DNA of 64,000 nucleotides from Lama guanicoe (Eukaryota). The first letter of the stretch is position 1. Every line of letters begins with the position of its first letter. Below, in pieces: positions 12,245 to 23,775 of the stretch. Both the position numbers and the translations under genes were made by a program. Under the pieces are notes generated by a model. The model did not search any database and had not been told where the DNA came from. It worked only from the letters and a program-made list of their open reading frames with translations. Location: assembly GCA_013239625.1 (NCBI GenBank), contig MU054212.1, positions 5,304,270-5,368,269 on the forward strand. The letters are read 5' to 3'.

Positions 12245-14220
12245 TTTTATTACATGTTCCAGGTGTACAGCATTATAGTTCAACATCTACATACACTACG
12301 ATGTTATCACCACCACAAGTCTAGTTACCATCCATCATCATACAATTGACCCTTTTCACCCATTTTGCTCATCCCTCAACCCTCTTCCCGTCTATTAATA
12401 ACCAATCTGCTCTCTGTATCTGTGTTTGTTTTTGCTATATTTGTTCATTTGTTTTGCTTTAGATTCCACATATGAGTGAGATTGTATGCTATTTGTCTTT
12501 CTCTGTCTGACTTACTTCACTTAGCGTAAAACCCTCAAATTCCATCCATGTTTTTGCAAATGACAGGATTTTATTCTTTTTACAGTTGAGTGGCATTCCA
12601 TTGTATATATACACCACATTTTCTTTATCCAGTCATTTATCAATGGACACTCAGGTTGTTTCCATATCTTGGCTATTGTAAATAATGCTGCAATGGATAT
12701 AGCGGTGCATGTATCTTTCCAAATTAATGTTTTTGTGTTCTTAAGGTAAATACCCAGAAGTGGAATTCCAGAAGTGGAATAAAATGTAGTTCTCTTCTTA
12801 TTTTTTTAGGAATCTCTGTACTTTTTTCCATAGTGACTGCACCAATTTATAGTCCCACCACAGTGTACAAAGTTTCCCTTTTCTGTATATCCTCTCTAAC
12901 ATTTGTTGTTTCTTGTCCTGTCTGTTAGTCATTCTGATGGGTTCGGGGTGGCATCTCATTGTAATTTTGAATCGCATTTTCTTGATAATTAGTGATGTTG
13001 AGCATCTTTCCATGTGGCTCTTGGCCCTCTGTATGTCTTCTTTGGAAAAATGTGTATTCAGATTCTCTGCCCATTTTTAATTGGGTGTTTGGTTTCTTAC
13101 TGAATTGTATGAGTTCTTTATACATCTTGGATATTAACCCCTTATTGAATATATCATTTGCAAATATCTTCTCCCATTCAGTAGTTTTCCTTTTCATTTT
13201 GATAATGGTTTCCTTCAATGTGAAGAGTTTTTAGTTTGTTTTTGCTTTTGTTGCCCTTGCCTTTGGAGTCAGATCAACAAAAACATCACTCTGATGTCAG
13301 TGAGGTTACTGCCCACATTTTTTATAGGAATTTTATGGTTTCAGAACTTACATTCAAGTCTTTAATCCATTCTGAGTAAATTTTTGTGTATGGTGTAAGA
13401 CAGTGGTCTTGTTTAATTATTTTGCAAGTGGCTATTCAGTTTTCCCAACACGAATTGAAGAGGCTTTCTCCGTTGTGTGTTATTTGCTCCTTTGTGGTAG
13501 ATTAATTGTCCATACATGTATGGGTTTATCTCTGGGCTCTCAATTCTGTTCCATTGATCTGTGTGTCTGATTTTGAGTCAGTACCATACTGTTTTGATTA
13601 TTATAGATTTATAGTATAATTTGAAACCAGGGAGTATGACACCTCCACTTTCTTTCTTTCACAAGATTATTTTAGCTATTCAGGATCTTTTTAGTTCCAT
13701 ACAGATTTTAGAATTATTAGTTCTAGTTCTGTGAAAAATGCCATTGAAATTTTGAGAGGGATTGTCCATACTACCCAAAGTAGTATGTTAAAAATGTAGT
13801 ATTGTTAAAAATGCCCACTTTGGGTAGTACGGACACTTTTAACAATATTAATCCTTCCAATCCACAAGTACAGAATGTCTCCATTTTTTGTGTGTCTTCT
13901 TCAGTTTATCAGTGTCTTACAGTTTTGTTTTCTTTGGGTTTTATTTGGTGGGGAGAGGTAATTACCTTATTTATTTATTCTTGGAGGAGGTACTGGGGAT
14001 TGAACCCAGGACCTCATACATGCTCAGCATGCGCTCTACCACTTGAGATATGCCCTTCTCCCTTAGTGTCTTACACTTTTCAGTGTAGAGATCTTTCACC
14101 TCCTTGGTTAAATTTATTCCTAGGTTTTTTTTTTTAAATGCAGTTGTAAATGGAATTGTTTGCTTAATTTCTCTTTCTGATAGTTTATTATTAATATATA
14201 GAAATGTCACAGATTTCTGT
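12245..14220 (-). mobile_element. 5'-truncated L1 (3' ORF2 plus 3' UTR), Laurasiatherian-type
   Basis: ORF-track remnants '[21 protein letters not shown]', '[13 protein letters not shown]' and 'IQKSVTFLYINN...LGINLTKEVKDLY'; degenerate TSD ataccttgtattttctt (12228-12244) / atactttgcactttctt (14221-14237). Confidence 0.95.
13927..14062 (-). mobile_element. tRNA-derived SINE, camelid Vic-1 type, inserted in L1
   Basis: Reverse complement 'gggagaagggcatatctcaagtggtagagcgcatgctgagcatgtatgaggtcctgggttcaatccccagtacctcc' has A box and B box (GGTTCAATCCC) and an A-rich tail; TSD agtgtcttaca(g/c)tttt at 13911-13926 and 14065-14080. Confidence 0.9.
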
Positions 14221-15411
14221 ATACTTTGCACTTTCTTATAACTTTATTTATTTAATAAGTTAATTATTTACTAATTTATTTATTTTTGCACCTAAGCAGC
14301 AAAACTCCAGTTTGGGGTCCTTTGAATCAACAATACAGTCTCATTTTTTCACTACCTATCCCCAAGGTATTGAATGCTAGTACATAGTTTAGACTTAAGC
14401 TGATATATAGATTAGCACCAGTAAAACTGCAGTGTGTTTCACTTACAGTTTTAGCTGGCCATTCAGTCATTTTATTTATTCTTATTTATCTTGCTTTTTT
14501 ATTTATTTCAAGTATTCCAGAAATTCACTTCTCCTCTAAAGTTATTTCATTCTCTACCAACTTTGCATTTAGCAGACAACATAAAAATTATAATCTCTCT
14601 AATATTCTTTCCTTTAAAACTTAGAAAATCTATACTATCAGCATCCTTACCCCTGATCCCACCTGAAAATGTCAGAGAATAATGTGATTTGCTCCATAGT
14701 AACATGATTTACTCACTAGTGTCTTTCGCATCAAGACCTTCCATCTTTTGCCTTTTTCCAGTGCTTTGTTCCATCAGTCCTGTACCCTTTCTAGCTGTTC
14801 CCTTTGTAATCTGTAAACATCTCCAAATCTCTATTTTATCTTTCAAGAAATCTCTCTCTCTTAATTATGTGCCCACTTTATACTCCTAAAAATCTCTTTG
14901 CCTCCTCATGCAAATGTCTGCAAGAAGAAAGTATGTTTACTGTCTTCACCCTCTCATCTCACTTTCACTCAACTAAATCTAGTAATTTAGCTTTTATCAC
15001 TACCACATTAACAAAGTAGCACTTCTGAGGTCACCAGAGATGTTCTGATTCCCACAACCCGTAAGTATATAATGTATTTATCCTAACTTTGCTAGACACT
15101 GCTAACAGCATTTGCTACTTTGTCACTGCCTTCTAAATATTCTTTATATCCTTGGCTTCTGTTAGTCTCTATACTTCTGGTTTTCCTTGTACTCCTTCAG
15201 TAATTCCTATTCTGTCTCTTCGTTTTTTAAAATACATGCTTCCATCTTTACAAATTACTTTTTCTTCCAAGGTTCTTTTTATCAACAACTCTTTTTATTT
15301 TATTCACGCTTCCTCTTTTTCTGTTATGGTTTTAATGCCAACCTATAGTGGATACTGCTACATTTATATATTCAGATTATATTTCTACTCTATCTTTTGA
15401 TGTACATAGTA

Positions 15412-15650
15412 AAAGCAATTAACACAACGATTAAGAGAGAACGTTCTTCAGCCAGATTTTCTGTGTTTAAATTCTGGCTCCACTACTTAGTAGCTGTGTG
15501 ATTCTGGGCAGACTACTGAACATCTCTGAGCTTCTGTTTCCTCATGTGTAAAATGGGGGCAATAGTAGTACCTGTTCTGATATTTAAGGCATTAATATAC
15601 AGAAAATGCTTTGACTAATACCTCGCACATTACAAGTATTATATATGCAA
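15412..15650 (+). mobile_element. Near full-length MIR
   Basis: 'ctggctccactacttagtagctgtgtgattctgggcagactactgaacatctctgagcttctgtttcctcatgtgtaaaatgggg' is the MIR core. Confidence 0.9.
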
Positions 15651-16774
15651 AAGCTGATCTTAGTAATAGCATGTTTAGGTATGTGCATTTAAATGCCTCC
15701 CAGCCACCTCAAGTTCTAAATTTTGAAAATTCATCTCATCCTCTTTCTGGCTCAGCCGTCGTCCACACACTCACACAAACTAGAACATGGAGAGTCATTC
15801 TTCTTTTCTCTCTTGAGCTCACCCACAATTCTAGTCAGTTTTCAGATCTACTGTCTTTATCACACGAATGTGGCTCGGATTTGTGTTCTCTCACCACTCT
15901 TTTCCTATCTGCCTCTTTGTGATTTGTTCTGCGAACTTACCCTTCTCTGTCTGGTCATCAATAACAGCATTTCTCATGAAGTGCTCCAACCCTTCTTCTT
16001 TTCTCATTCTATAATTTCTCTGGTCAGTTTCAGCCCCAGCCATAGTTGTAATCATTTTCTTTATGCAGATAATTTCCCAGTTTCTCTTTCCAACCCATTC
16101 TATTCTTCTGAGCACCAGATTTATATGTTCACCAGCCTAGCTGACATAGTGATTTAGATGTCTTAAAGGTATCTCAAGATTCTGTATTAAATCTGGTCCT
16201 TCCTGTGGTTTCCTTGTCAATGACTGGCACCAGCATTCATCAGTTTCCACAAGATGGATGTTTGTTTACCATTCTTGACACGTCCTTTGCTACAACTTCC
16301 AAAAAATCTAATCTATTATCAAGTACTATAATTTTCCCTACTAAGCACTAAATATCTTTTGAATATGTCAGTTTTTCTCTATCTCCATCCCTGCCACTGT
16401 AGACCAAGCTACTACCCTCTGTCAACCAGCTTTGATAGCTTCCTGAAAGGTTCCCTTTCGTTCTCTCTTTCACTTTTCTAATCCTTTCCCCACAGCGGGC
16501 TGCCTACGGCCAAGGTTACCTAGAGCCAGTGGTCTTTAAACCTACTGATGACTCTCCAAAATCCAATTCTAGTCAGTTTTCTCACTCTTTCAATGGCTCG
16601 ATATTGGACTTAGATAATAAACAAAATTCTTAATATGATGAACAAAAAAAACCCTATGTTGTCTGCCATTTACCTAATTCTTCAGCCTTACTTTGCTTCA
16701 TTTGATACTGCTCTCCACCTTACTTTCTATACTGTGGCCTCACCAACCATTTTCACCATATCCCAGTTGTCCCA

Positions 16775-17216
16775 TATTCCCTCCAGCTGCAGATCTGTAG
16801 ATGCTTCACACTGGACACATTGTGGCAAGTACGACTTGTGCACCACTTCACTCCTTGTGGGATCCACTTCAGTGACCAGGTCAGCACATGCCTTGGTCTG
16901 CTTCCCACAGGTGTGTCTGAAAGCACCTAGCGCTGGCCTTGGCCTTGGCCAGTTATCTCTAACTTCCTGTCCAAGGTCTTCTCTGGTGCCATGTTTGGGT
17001 ACCCATAGAGAACATTCTGAGATGCATTTCAGAAGGTTTCATACTAGTTGCCTTCTGTGGAATGGACAGCATATTGTATACCTTTGCATTTTCCTCCTTC
17101 TTTGTTCCACTCCCCAGTCCCTTGCTGGTGCTCTCTGGGATCACTTCTTAAATAAAATATTTGCATGCAAACATTTGCTTCAAAGACTCTCCTTTGGGAT
17201 AATTCTGGCTAAGACA
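16775..17216 (+). mobile_element. ERVL solo LTR (LTR16 group)
   Basis: 3' end 'ctgggatcacttcttaaataaaatatttgcatgcaaacatttgcttcaaagactctcctttgggataattctggctaagaca' resembles the LTR16 terminus, with AATAAA and a terminal CA. Confidence 0.7.
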
Positions 17217-17316
17217 CATGTGTTGTTCCCTATGCTTAGACTCTATCCTCCACCACCTTCACCTAGTAAATGCTCAATAATCTTTGGCTCTTTCAGAGAT
17301 CTTTTCTATCTCAACA

Positions 17317-18373
17317 CAATAGTCTCCCCTTATCTACAAAGGATACATTCCAAGTCCCTCAGTGGATGCCTGAAATCACAGATAGTACTGAACTCTATGT
17401 ATACTATTTTCTTTCCTATACATACATACATACCTATGATAAAGTTATATTTATAAATTAGGCACAGTAAGAGATTAACAATAATAGCTAGTCATAAAAT
17501 AGAACAATTATAAAAATATACTGTGATAAAAATTGTGTGACTGGTCTCTATCTTTAATCAACTTCAACTCTGCAGGAAATGAGGCAGCAACTTCTTCGCC
17601 TGCCACAGCTTCTCCAGGAATTTTTATATTTTTCACTCCAAACCAATTCCTATTCCTGAATGTGTGTAACTATCCCATCAAGTAAATGACTTGATGTTGC
17701 TCATTTCAGGGGATCCTTTGATGAAGTCTTTGTATGACTCAGTGTTTTCTGACCACCAAGTAGAACATGTTTTCTGTTCCTGTCTTCCATCCACAAATTT
17801 AATGCTTTTTCCATCTTAACTAAGCACTTAAGCTGTATGGCCATAATTTTTGCAGTTTGAGGTGCAGGAGCAAAACTACCACAAATTTATTTTTCCTTTT
17901 TAATGATTTCACAGATAGCAGATTTGTTCTTATCCTTAGATCTTAGCAACCTCAGCATAGGACTGTTTTTCTTTCCTTATTAAGCCAAGAACTTTCACCC
18001 TTTGATTTAAAAGGAAGCACTTTCTGGCTTCTCTTTGGCATATCCAAATTGCTGGCATCACTGTTCTTGAGCTTTGAGTTCATCATTAAGTAAAACAAGG
18101 GTTATTTGGACACAAGCACTACGATACTGCAACAGTCAATCTGATAACCAAGGCAGCTACTAAGTGACTAATGGGCAGGACTCACCAGACAAAGAGATGA
18201 TTCATGTCTGAGTCAGAGCAAGATTTCATCAGACAACTCGGAATGGTGCACAGTTTAAAACGTATGAATAGTTTACTTCTGGAATTTTTTCATGTGGTAT
18301 TTTTAGACCATGGTTAACTGCAGATAACTGAAACTATGGAAGCAAAACCATGGATAAAGGGAGTGGACTACTG
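17317..18373 (-). mobile_element. Internally deleted Tigger7/MER44 (TcMar-Tigger) with N-terminal transposase remnant
   Basis: TIRs caatagtctccccttatc / gataaagggagtggactactg with CA and TA flanks. Minus-strand ATG at 18083 reads MNSKLKNSDASNLDMPKRSQKVLP, and the frameshifted continuation includes KCLVKMEKALNLW and FPAELKLIK (CENP-B-type HTH region). Confidence 0.9.
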
Positions 18374-18459
18374 TACCCCATTCTCCTATCCCTTTTTGTA
18401 CACTTTTACAAGCATATTTCTCTCTAGTGTTTCAGTTGATATTTTACATTCATTCATGC

Positions 18460-19122
18460 CAGTGATCAGTGAACATTTTCTGTAAAGGGCCATTTAGTTC
18501 ATATTTTAGATTTTCTCAACCCTATAGTTATTGTCACAAGTACTTAACTCTGCTGTTGAGTAAATTAAAAAAAAATTGATGGGGCTGTTTTCCAGCACAA
18601 CTACATTTACAAAAACATTGTTATTAGTTTCCTAGGGATGCCATAACAGAGTGCGAAAAATTGTGCCAAACATAATGGAAATTTATCATTTCCCATTTCT
18701 GGAGGCTAGAATTTTGAAATCAATATGTAAATAGGGCTGTACTTTCTCTGGCACTTCCAAGGAGGATGACTTCATTGCTGCTTCTGGCTTCTGTGTCTCC
18801 CACCCTCAGATTGCTTTGGCTGTGAATGTGTTGCTCCAGACACATGGCCTTTCTTACCTGTGTGTTTTCATATCACCTTCCTCTTTGCATGTATCTGTGT
18901 CCAAATTTCCCTTTTTCAGAAGGACAGCAGTCATATTGGATTAAGGTCCGCTCTAATTACTTAATTTTAACATGATTACCTCTGTGAAGACCCTATTTCC
19001 AAATCAGGTCACATTCTGGGTACTGGGGATTAAGATTTACATCTTTTGAGGGGGATGTAATTCAATCCCATAACAAAGCTGAAGGCTAGACTTGACCTGA
19101 GACCTATTGTTTGCAGTTCCTG
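18460..19122. mobile_element. MER58A hAT-Charlie MITE split by an MLT1 LTR (18460-18618 plus 19076-19122)
   Basis: 'cagtgatcagtgaacattttctgtaaagggcca...tacttaactctgctgttg...atttacaaaaaca' resumes after the LTR as 'aggctagacttgacctgag...gtttgcagttcctg'. Confidence 0.8.
18619..19075 (-). mobile_element. MaLR solo LTR (MLT1B/C-like)
   Basis: 'tattagtttcctagggatgccataaca...ttctggaggctaga...aaggacagcagtcatattggattaagg...aagaccctatttccaaatcaggtcacattctgggtactgggg...aattcaatcccataaca'. Confidence 0.9.
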
Positions 19123-20050
19123 ATCTATGTAACTATTTTGTTAAAATCTGTCTCCTTTGTTATCCCGTAAAATTTGTGAGAATAGGAAATGTGTCTGATT
19201 CTGCTTAGCTTTCCATTCTCAGGATTTAGGATATTGCCTGATATAAAGAAAGTGTTCAATAAATTTAGGTTAAAGAAAAATAAAAATGGCACAATTCAGT
19301 CTCACAAGACTCACACTAGATTATTAGTGAAGCCCCTTAAATGTTCTCTTTTTCTACATTCCACTTTCTCTAAAATTCATCCTCCACATCACAGAAAAAG
19401 TTGACTATCTTAAGTGCCAAATTATCAAATTCTCCTCCCTCCATAAAATGTATTTCTATGGATGCATTCTGAATTTCTCCATTTCATGACCTGTCTGGTC
19501 TCATGATCCATCGTTCTCTGGCTGACATTTTATGATGCAATACTGTTATGAGACTCGATGTTTCTGAAATATGCCAAACCGTTTCATATTTTAGTCCTTG
19601 GTATATGTTGCTCTCCAAACTTGAAATACCTGGTCTATTCTCTTTGTCTAACTACCAGTTAACACAAAAGAGTCAACACAGGCATCCTCACTCCCAAGAA
19701 ATTATCCCTAGTTTTCCAATGGTGGGTCCATACTTATCTTTATTATCTCATTAAGTACTTTACACATACCTGTCACTGCATTTTGTTTCTACCTTTATCC
19801 CCACTTCCATAACACAAATTGCTAAAGGGTAAAGATAAATTTTATTTATCTGTCTTCCCAATACTTTATACAATTCCTGGCACAAAGGTGTTATGTTCAG
19901 TAAATATGTACTGAGTTAAATATATAAATTAGTGAATGAAGAAAGAGTACCCATATTAAGTTTTTAAATACTTTCAGAATCTACCATAATTGTGACCCTG
20001 ATAACTCTGACAAGTGAGGTGAGACAAAGAGCACTAAATTAAAAACATCC

Positions 20051-20072
20051 TTTTTTTTTTTTTTTTTTTTTT
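20051..20072. repeat. T22 homopolymer
   Basis: Read directly. Confidence 0.95.
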
Positions 20073-20446
20073 ACTTTTCTATTTCTTCTAACAAATCTCT
20101 TTTTACATGGCTGGCCAGTAGGGACAAGTAAAATGAAATAACTTATGATGGAAAGACTGGGGCAAAGGTAACATAACAGAGTACAGGAAAATAATGTGTG
20201 CCAATGCTAGGCCTTCAGCATTCTGCCGTTGGACACACCTGTCTCTCACCTCTTTCTGTATTAACTTCTAAGTTACAGCATTTGGTCTCTTATCTACAGT
20301 AAATACCATTGACACAACTGACTAAAGATATTTAAGAAGTTACTAATCTCTAAAGAATTGATTCTAATCTTACCCAAAGAAACTGGAGAAACACTCTAAG
20401 AGCTAAATACAAATGATAGGGTCAGAAAATCAAGACAAAGGGGAAG

Positions 20447-21763
20447 CATGTAAATCAATAAAGTTAGAACACTCCCTCACATCATACACGCAAATAAACT
20501 CAAAATAGCTTAAAGATTTAAATATAAGACAAGATACTATAAAACTCGTAGAAGAAATCATAGGCAAAACATTTTCTGGCATAAATCTTATTAGCAATGT
20601 TCTCCTAGGGCAGTCTACCTAAGCAATAGAAATAAAGGCAAAATAAACAAATGGGACCTAGTTAAATTTATAAGCTTTTGCAAGCAAAGGAAACCATAAG
20701 CAGAACAAAACAACAACCTACAGAATGGGAGAAAATATTTGCAAATGATACGACTGACAAAGGCTTAACTTCCAGAATATATAAAGAGCTCATACAACTT
20801 AATAAAAAAAAAATTACCCAATCCAAAAATGGGCAGAAGACCTAAACAAGCAGTTCTCCAATGACAACATACAAATGGTCAATAGGCACATGAAAAAGTA
20901 CTTAATATCACTAATTATCAGAGAAATGCAAATCAAAATTACAGTGAGGTATCACCTTACACCAATCAGAATGGCCATGATTAAAAAGTCCACAAATGAT
21001 AAATGCTGGAGAAGATATGGAGAAAAGGGAACCCTCCTACACTGTTGGTAAGAATGGAGTTTGGTGTAGCTGTTATGGAAAACAGTATGGAGATTCCTCA
21101 AAAAACTAAAAATAGACTTACCATATGATCCAGCAATCCCACTCCTAGGCATATATCTGGAGGGAACTCTAATTTGGAAAGATACATGCACTCCAATGTT
21201 CATAGCAGCACTATACATGGAAACAACTTAAATGTCCATTGACAGATGACTGGATAAAGAAGCTGTGGTATATTTATACAATGGAATACTACTTAGCCAT
21301 GAAAAATAATAAAACAATGCTATTTGCAGCAACATAGATGGACATGGAGATGGTCATTCTAAGCGAAGTGAGGCAGAAAGAGAAAGAAAAATACCATATG
21401 ATGTCACATGTGAAATCTAAAAAAAAGGAAAAATAAGACACTAATAAATTTATTTACAAAACAGAAACTCATGACTCATGACTCATGACTCACAGACATG
21501 GTAAACAAACATGGTTACCAGGAGGAAAGTGGGTGGGAAAGGATAAATTGGGAATTTGAGATTTGCAAATATTAACTACTAAATATAAAATAAACAAGTT
21601 TCTTCCACAAAGCACAGGGAACTATATTCAATATAGTTGTAGTAAACTATAATGAAAAAGAATATGAAAATGAATATATATATGTATATGTATGAGTGAA
21701 ACAGTATGCTGTACACCAGAAATTGACACATTGTAAACTGATAATACTTCAATTTAAAAAAAA
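20447..21763 (+). mobile_element. Relatively young 5'-truncated L1 (ORF2 C-terminus, 3' UTR, poly-A), lineage-specific
   Basis: ORF2 3' motifs ('cctacagaatgggagaaaatatttgcaaat', 'ccatatgatccagcaatcccactcct'), poly-A tail, and a perfect 15-bp TSD aagacaaaggggaag at 20432-20446 and 21764-21778. Confidence 0.97.
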
Positions 21764-22561
21764 AAGACAAAGGGGAAGATATAAGAAAGAAAAGTGATGG
21801 GTTTGGAGCAACTTTGGGATATTTTTCCACCAGTTTGCATTTGAGTTTGCATATAGAAATATGTTTGACAATTGTACTGTTCAAAATATCATCTATATAT
21901 AAAGGAGAGTTCATAAGATAGCATTCTTTTAAATAGACCAAGGAAAAACTAAAAAATCATGGAGAAAATTTAACATTATACAAAATAGAAATATGCTGAA
22001 AAGACCATATTTTGAAGTTCATATGTAGTTTTAAAGGAAGAATATAAAAGCACAGACCCTCTGAGAGAAACAAATCTCTTAGAGAAAAAAGCATCACCTA
22101 AGACATAAATACATTTTCATTCAACCAATAAAATACTTCCAGTAAATAGAGGGAAAAAATAGCAAAGGCTTCTTTTCTTTTTAGAAATTCTTTCTTTTTT
22201 TCCCCCAACAATGGAAGGGGTCAAAGACCAAGACTAAATGTCCAATTCAGCCCAAAGAATATAATTTTATAAGCCAAAAAATAAGAATTTTATAGAATAC
22301 TTTCTTTGTAGTTATTTAGCTATGTCTACAAAAGGAAACCCATGTTTGTTTTTCTCCTTTTATAATAATCTGGAAAATGATAAAAGATAAAAATGAAGAA
22401 TGTCACTAAAGCTTTGGAAACATTATTTTTAAATAGTTTCTACATCCTCTGACTTCCATATAGCCACGAAATTGGACTATTACCACCACAATCTATCACC
22501 TATATGCACAGACTTCCTACAAGAATCTTAACAATCATTTTTTTAAATTAAGAATTTTTTA

Positions 22562-22582
22562 TGTGTATGTGTGTGTGTGTGT
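22562..22582. repeat. Interrupted (TG)n microsatellite
   Basis: Read directly. Confidence 0.9.
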
Positions 22583-22786
22583 ATACTTGGAAACACTGGA
22601 TTTTTTTAATGTATAAAATTTTTATTAGAATGGTACTTTCATTTTACTCACATTAGAGAAATTAAATAGAGGTCAAGTTTTTCTTTTTCCATGACTTTGC
22701 TTATTATTTATCTGGATATGTTTTTAGTTATATTTCATTCAGTTCCTAAATTGCTAAGAGTTGAATGAAGTCAAGAAAACATCAGT

Positions 22787-23013
22787 CGAACTAATACATA
22801 TAATTAAATGAACAACAAGTTCATACTGTATAGCACAGGGAACTATATTCAATATCTTGTAGTGACTTATGGTGAAAAAGAATATGAAAACAAGTATATG
22901 TATGTTTATGTATGACTGAAGCATTATACTGTGCACGAGAAATTGACGCAACATCGTAAATATTGAAGTATTGACTATACTTCAATAAAAATATACATAT
23001 ACAAAAAGAAAAG
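22787..23013 (+). mobile_element. Short 5'-truncated L1 3' end related to the 20447-21763 element
   Basis: Shares 'agcacagggaactatattcaatat...gaaaaagaatatgaaaa...agaaattgac' with 21610-21730; TSD gaaaac(a/t)tcagt at 22775-22786 and 23014-23025. Confidence 0.9.
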
Positions 23014-23519
23014 GAAAACTTCAGTGATGGCATGAGTACGTATCCAAGTTTCTATCTCTGTCTACATTCTTCAAAGGAAATATTAATTAGCATTTTATAT
23101 TTTAAAAAATTTACATAGTATTCATTTCAAGTCTACAAAATGATAATTAACTATATAAATTTGTAATACAGATATTATAAGTACATATTCATACATGTTT
23201 CATTAATAATTTTCTGCAGAGAATGAGATGAAGAAGGACAATAAATATGGGTAACACAACCCCTGTTAGATCAGAGGCCAAAACAGCTAATGTGCCTTTA
23301 GATTGAAGAGTAAAGCTAAATCCAACACAAGGTAGGTGATAGTCCTTGGCTACTGTATACAGGAGAGTTCTGTTCACTTCCAGGTAGCATCTAGAAGGAG
23401 CAAAGAGAGAAACTGGAGGCACTAAGAGGGCAGCTACCAAAGTGGAAAGGGGATCACAGTCTCATCATTTCAGAAAGAGTAAAAATAATTGATTTGGAAA
23501 ATGCAACATAAAATTGCTC

Positions 23520-23630
23520 TCAACTATTTAAAAGATTTTTATATGGAGTAAGAATTAGATATATTCTTTATAGTTCAATGAGTTGGGACCATAACTGGTG
23601 TATTAGATTATTCTAAAGAGGAACTTTCAC
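23520..23630 (+). mobile_element. Possible CR1/L3 fragment
   Basis: Weak resemblance to the L3 3' region ('atggagtaagaattagatatattc...gggacca...gaggaactttc'). Confidence 0.35.
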
Positions 23631-23730
23631 ATATGGTTGGAAGGATTAGAGGAAATTATGCAGGTAACGTTGTTTAACACAGTCGTTAACATACAGTAAT
23701 GACTCCATAAATATTTTCCAGTGATTACTG

Positions 23731-23775
23731 CCAGCAGTGGTAGTAGTAGTAATAGTAGTAGCAGCAGCAGCAGTG
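23731..23775. repeat. Compound (AGT)n(AGC)n microsatellite
   Basis: 'ccagcagtggtagtagtagtaatagtagtagcagcagcagcagtg'. Confidence 0.85.

Larger units (their letters stand above)
15930..19280 (+). mobile_element. Second L2 (L2a-like), fragmented and nested in the first
   Basis: RT YADD-like remnant 'LYADNF...ADI' in ORF 15723-16157; L2 3' region 16300-16770; terminus 'tgcctgatataaagaaagtgttcaataaattt' at about 19235-19266. Confidence 0.75.
11700..19940 (+). mobile_element. Long fragmented L2 (host copy), pieces at about 11700-12230, 14300-15910 and 19290-19940
   Basis: Pyrimidine-rich plus strand; RT remnants at 15000-15190 ('accacattaacaaagtagcacttctgaggtcaccagagatg...cagcatttgctactttgtcac', like HSTETALLKVTND...SAAFDTVDH); 3' end 'cctggcacaaaggtg...ttcagtaaatatgtactgag...gaatgaa' near 19940. 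The 11700-12230 piece is the least certain. Confidence 0.65.

Noticed and set aside
13980..14062. tRNA gene
   Set aside because: It is the tRNA-like head of a SINE with a tail and TSD. The same applies to 61311-61386.
12798..14231. L1 ORF2-like ORFs as coding genes
   Set aside because: They are frameshifted fragments of a truncated L1 that is interrupted by a SINE.
16635..17456. Longest ORF (273 aa)
   Set aside because: It runs across L2, an ERVL LTR and a Tigger end, resembles no protein family, and is a chance open frame.
21467..21493. Short tandem repeats: (ACTCATG)3 here, a 14-bp duplication near 12754 and ttcaatacattga x2 near 36771
   Set aside because: These are ordinary slippage duplications with no spacers, so they are not CRISPR-like.
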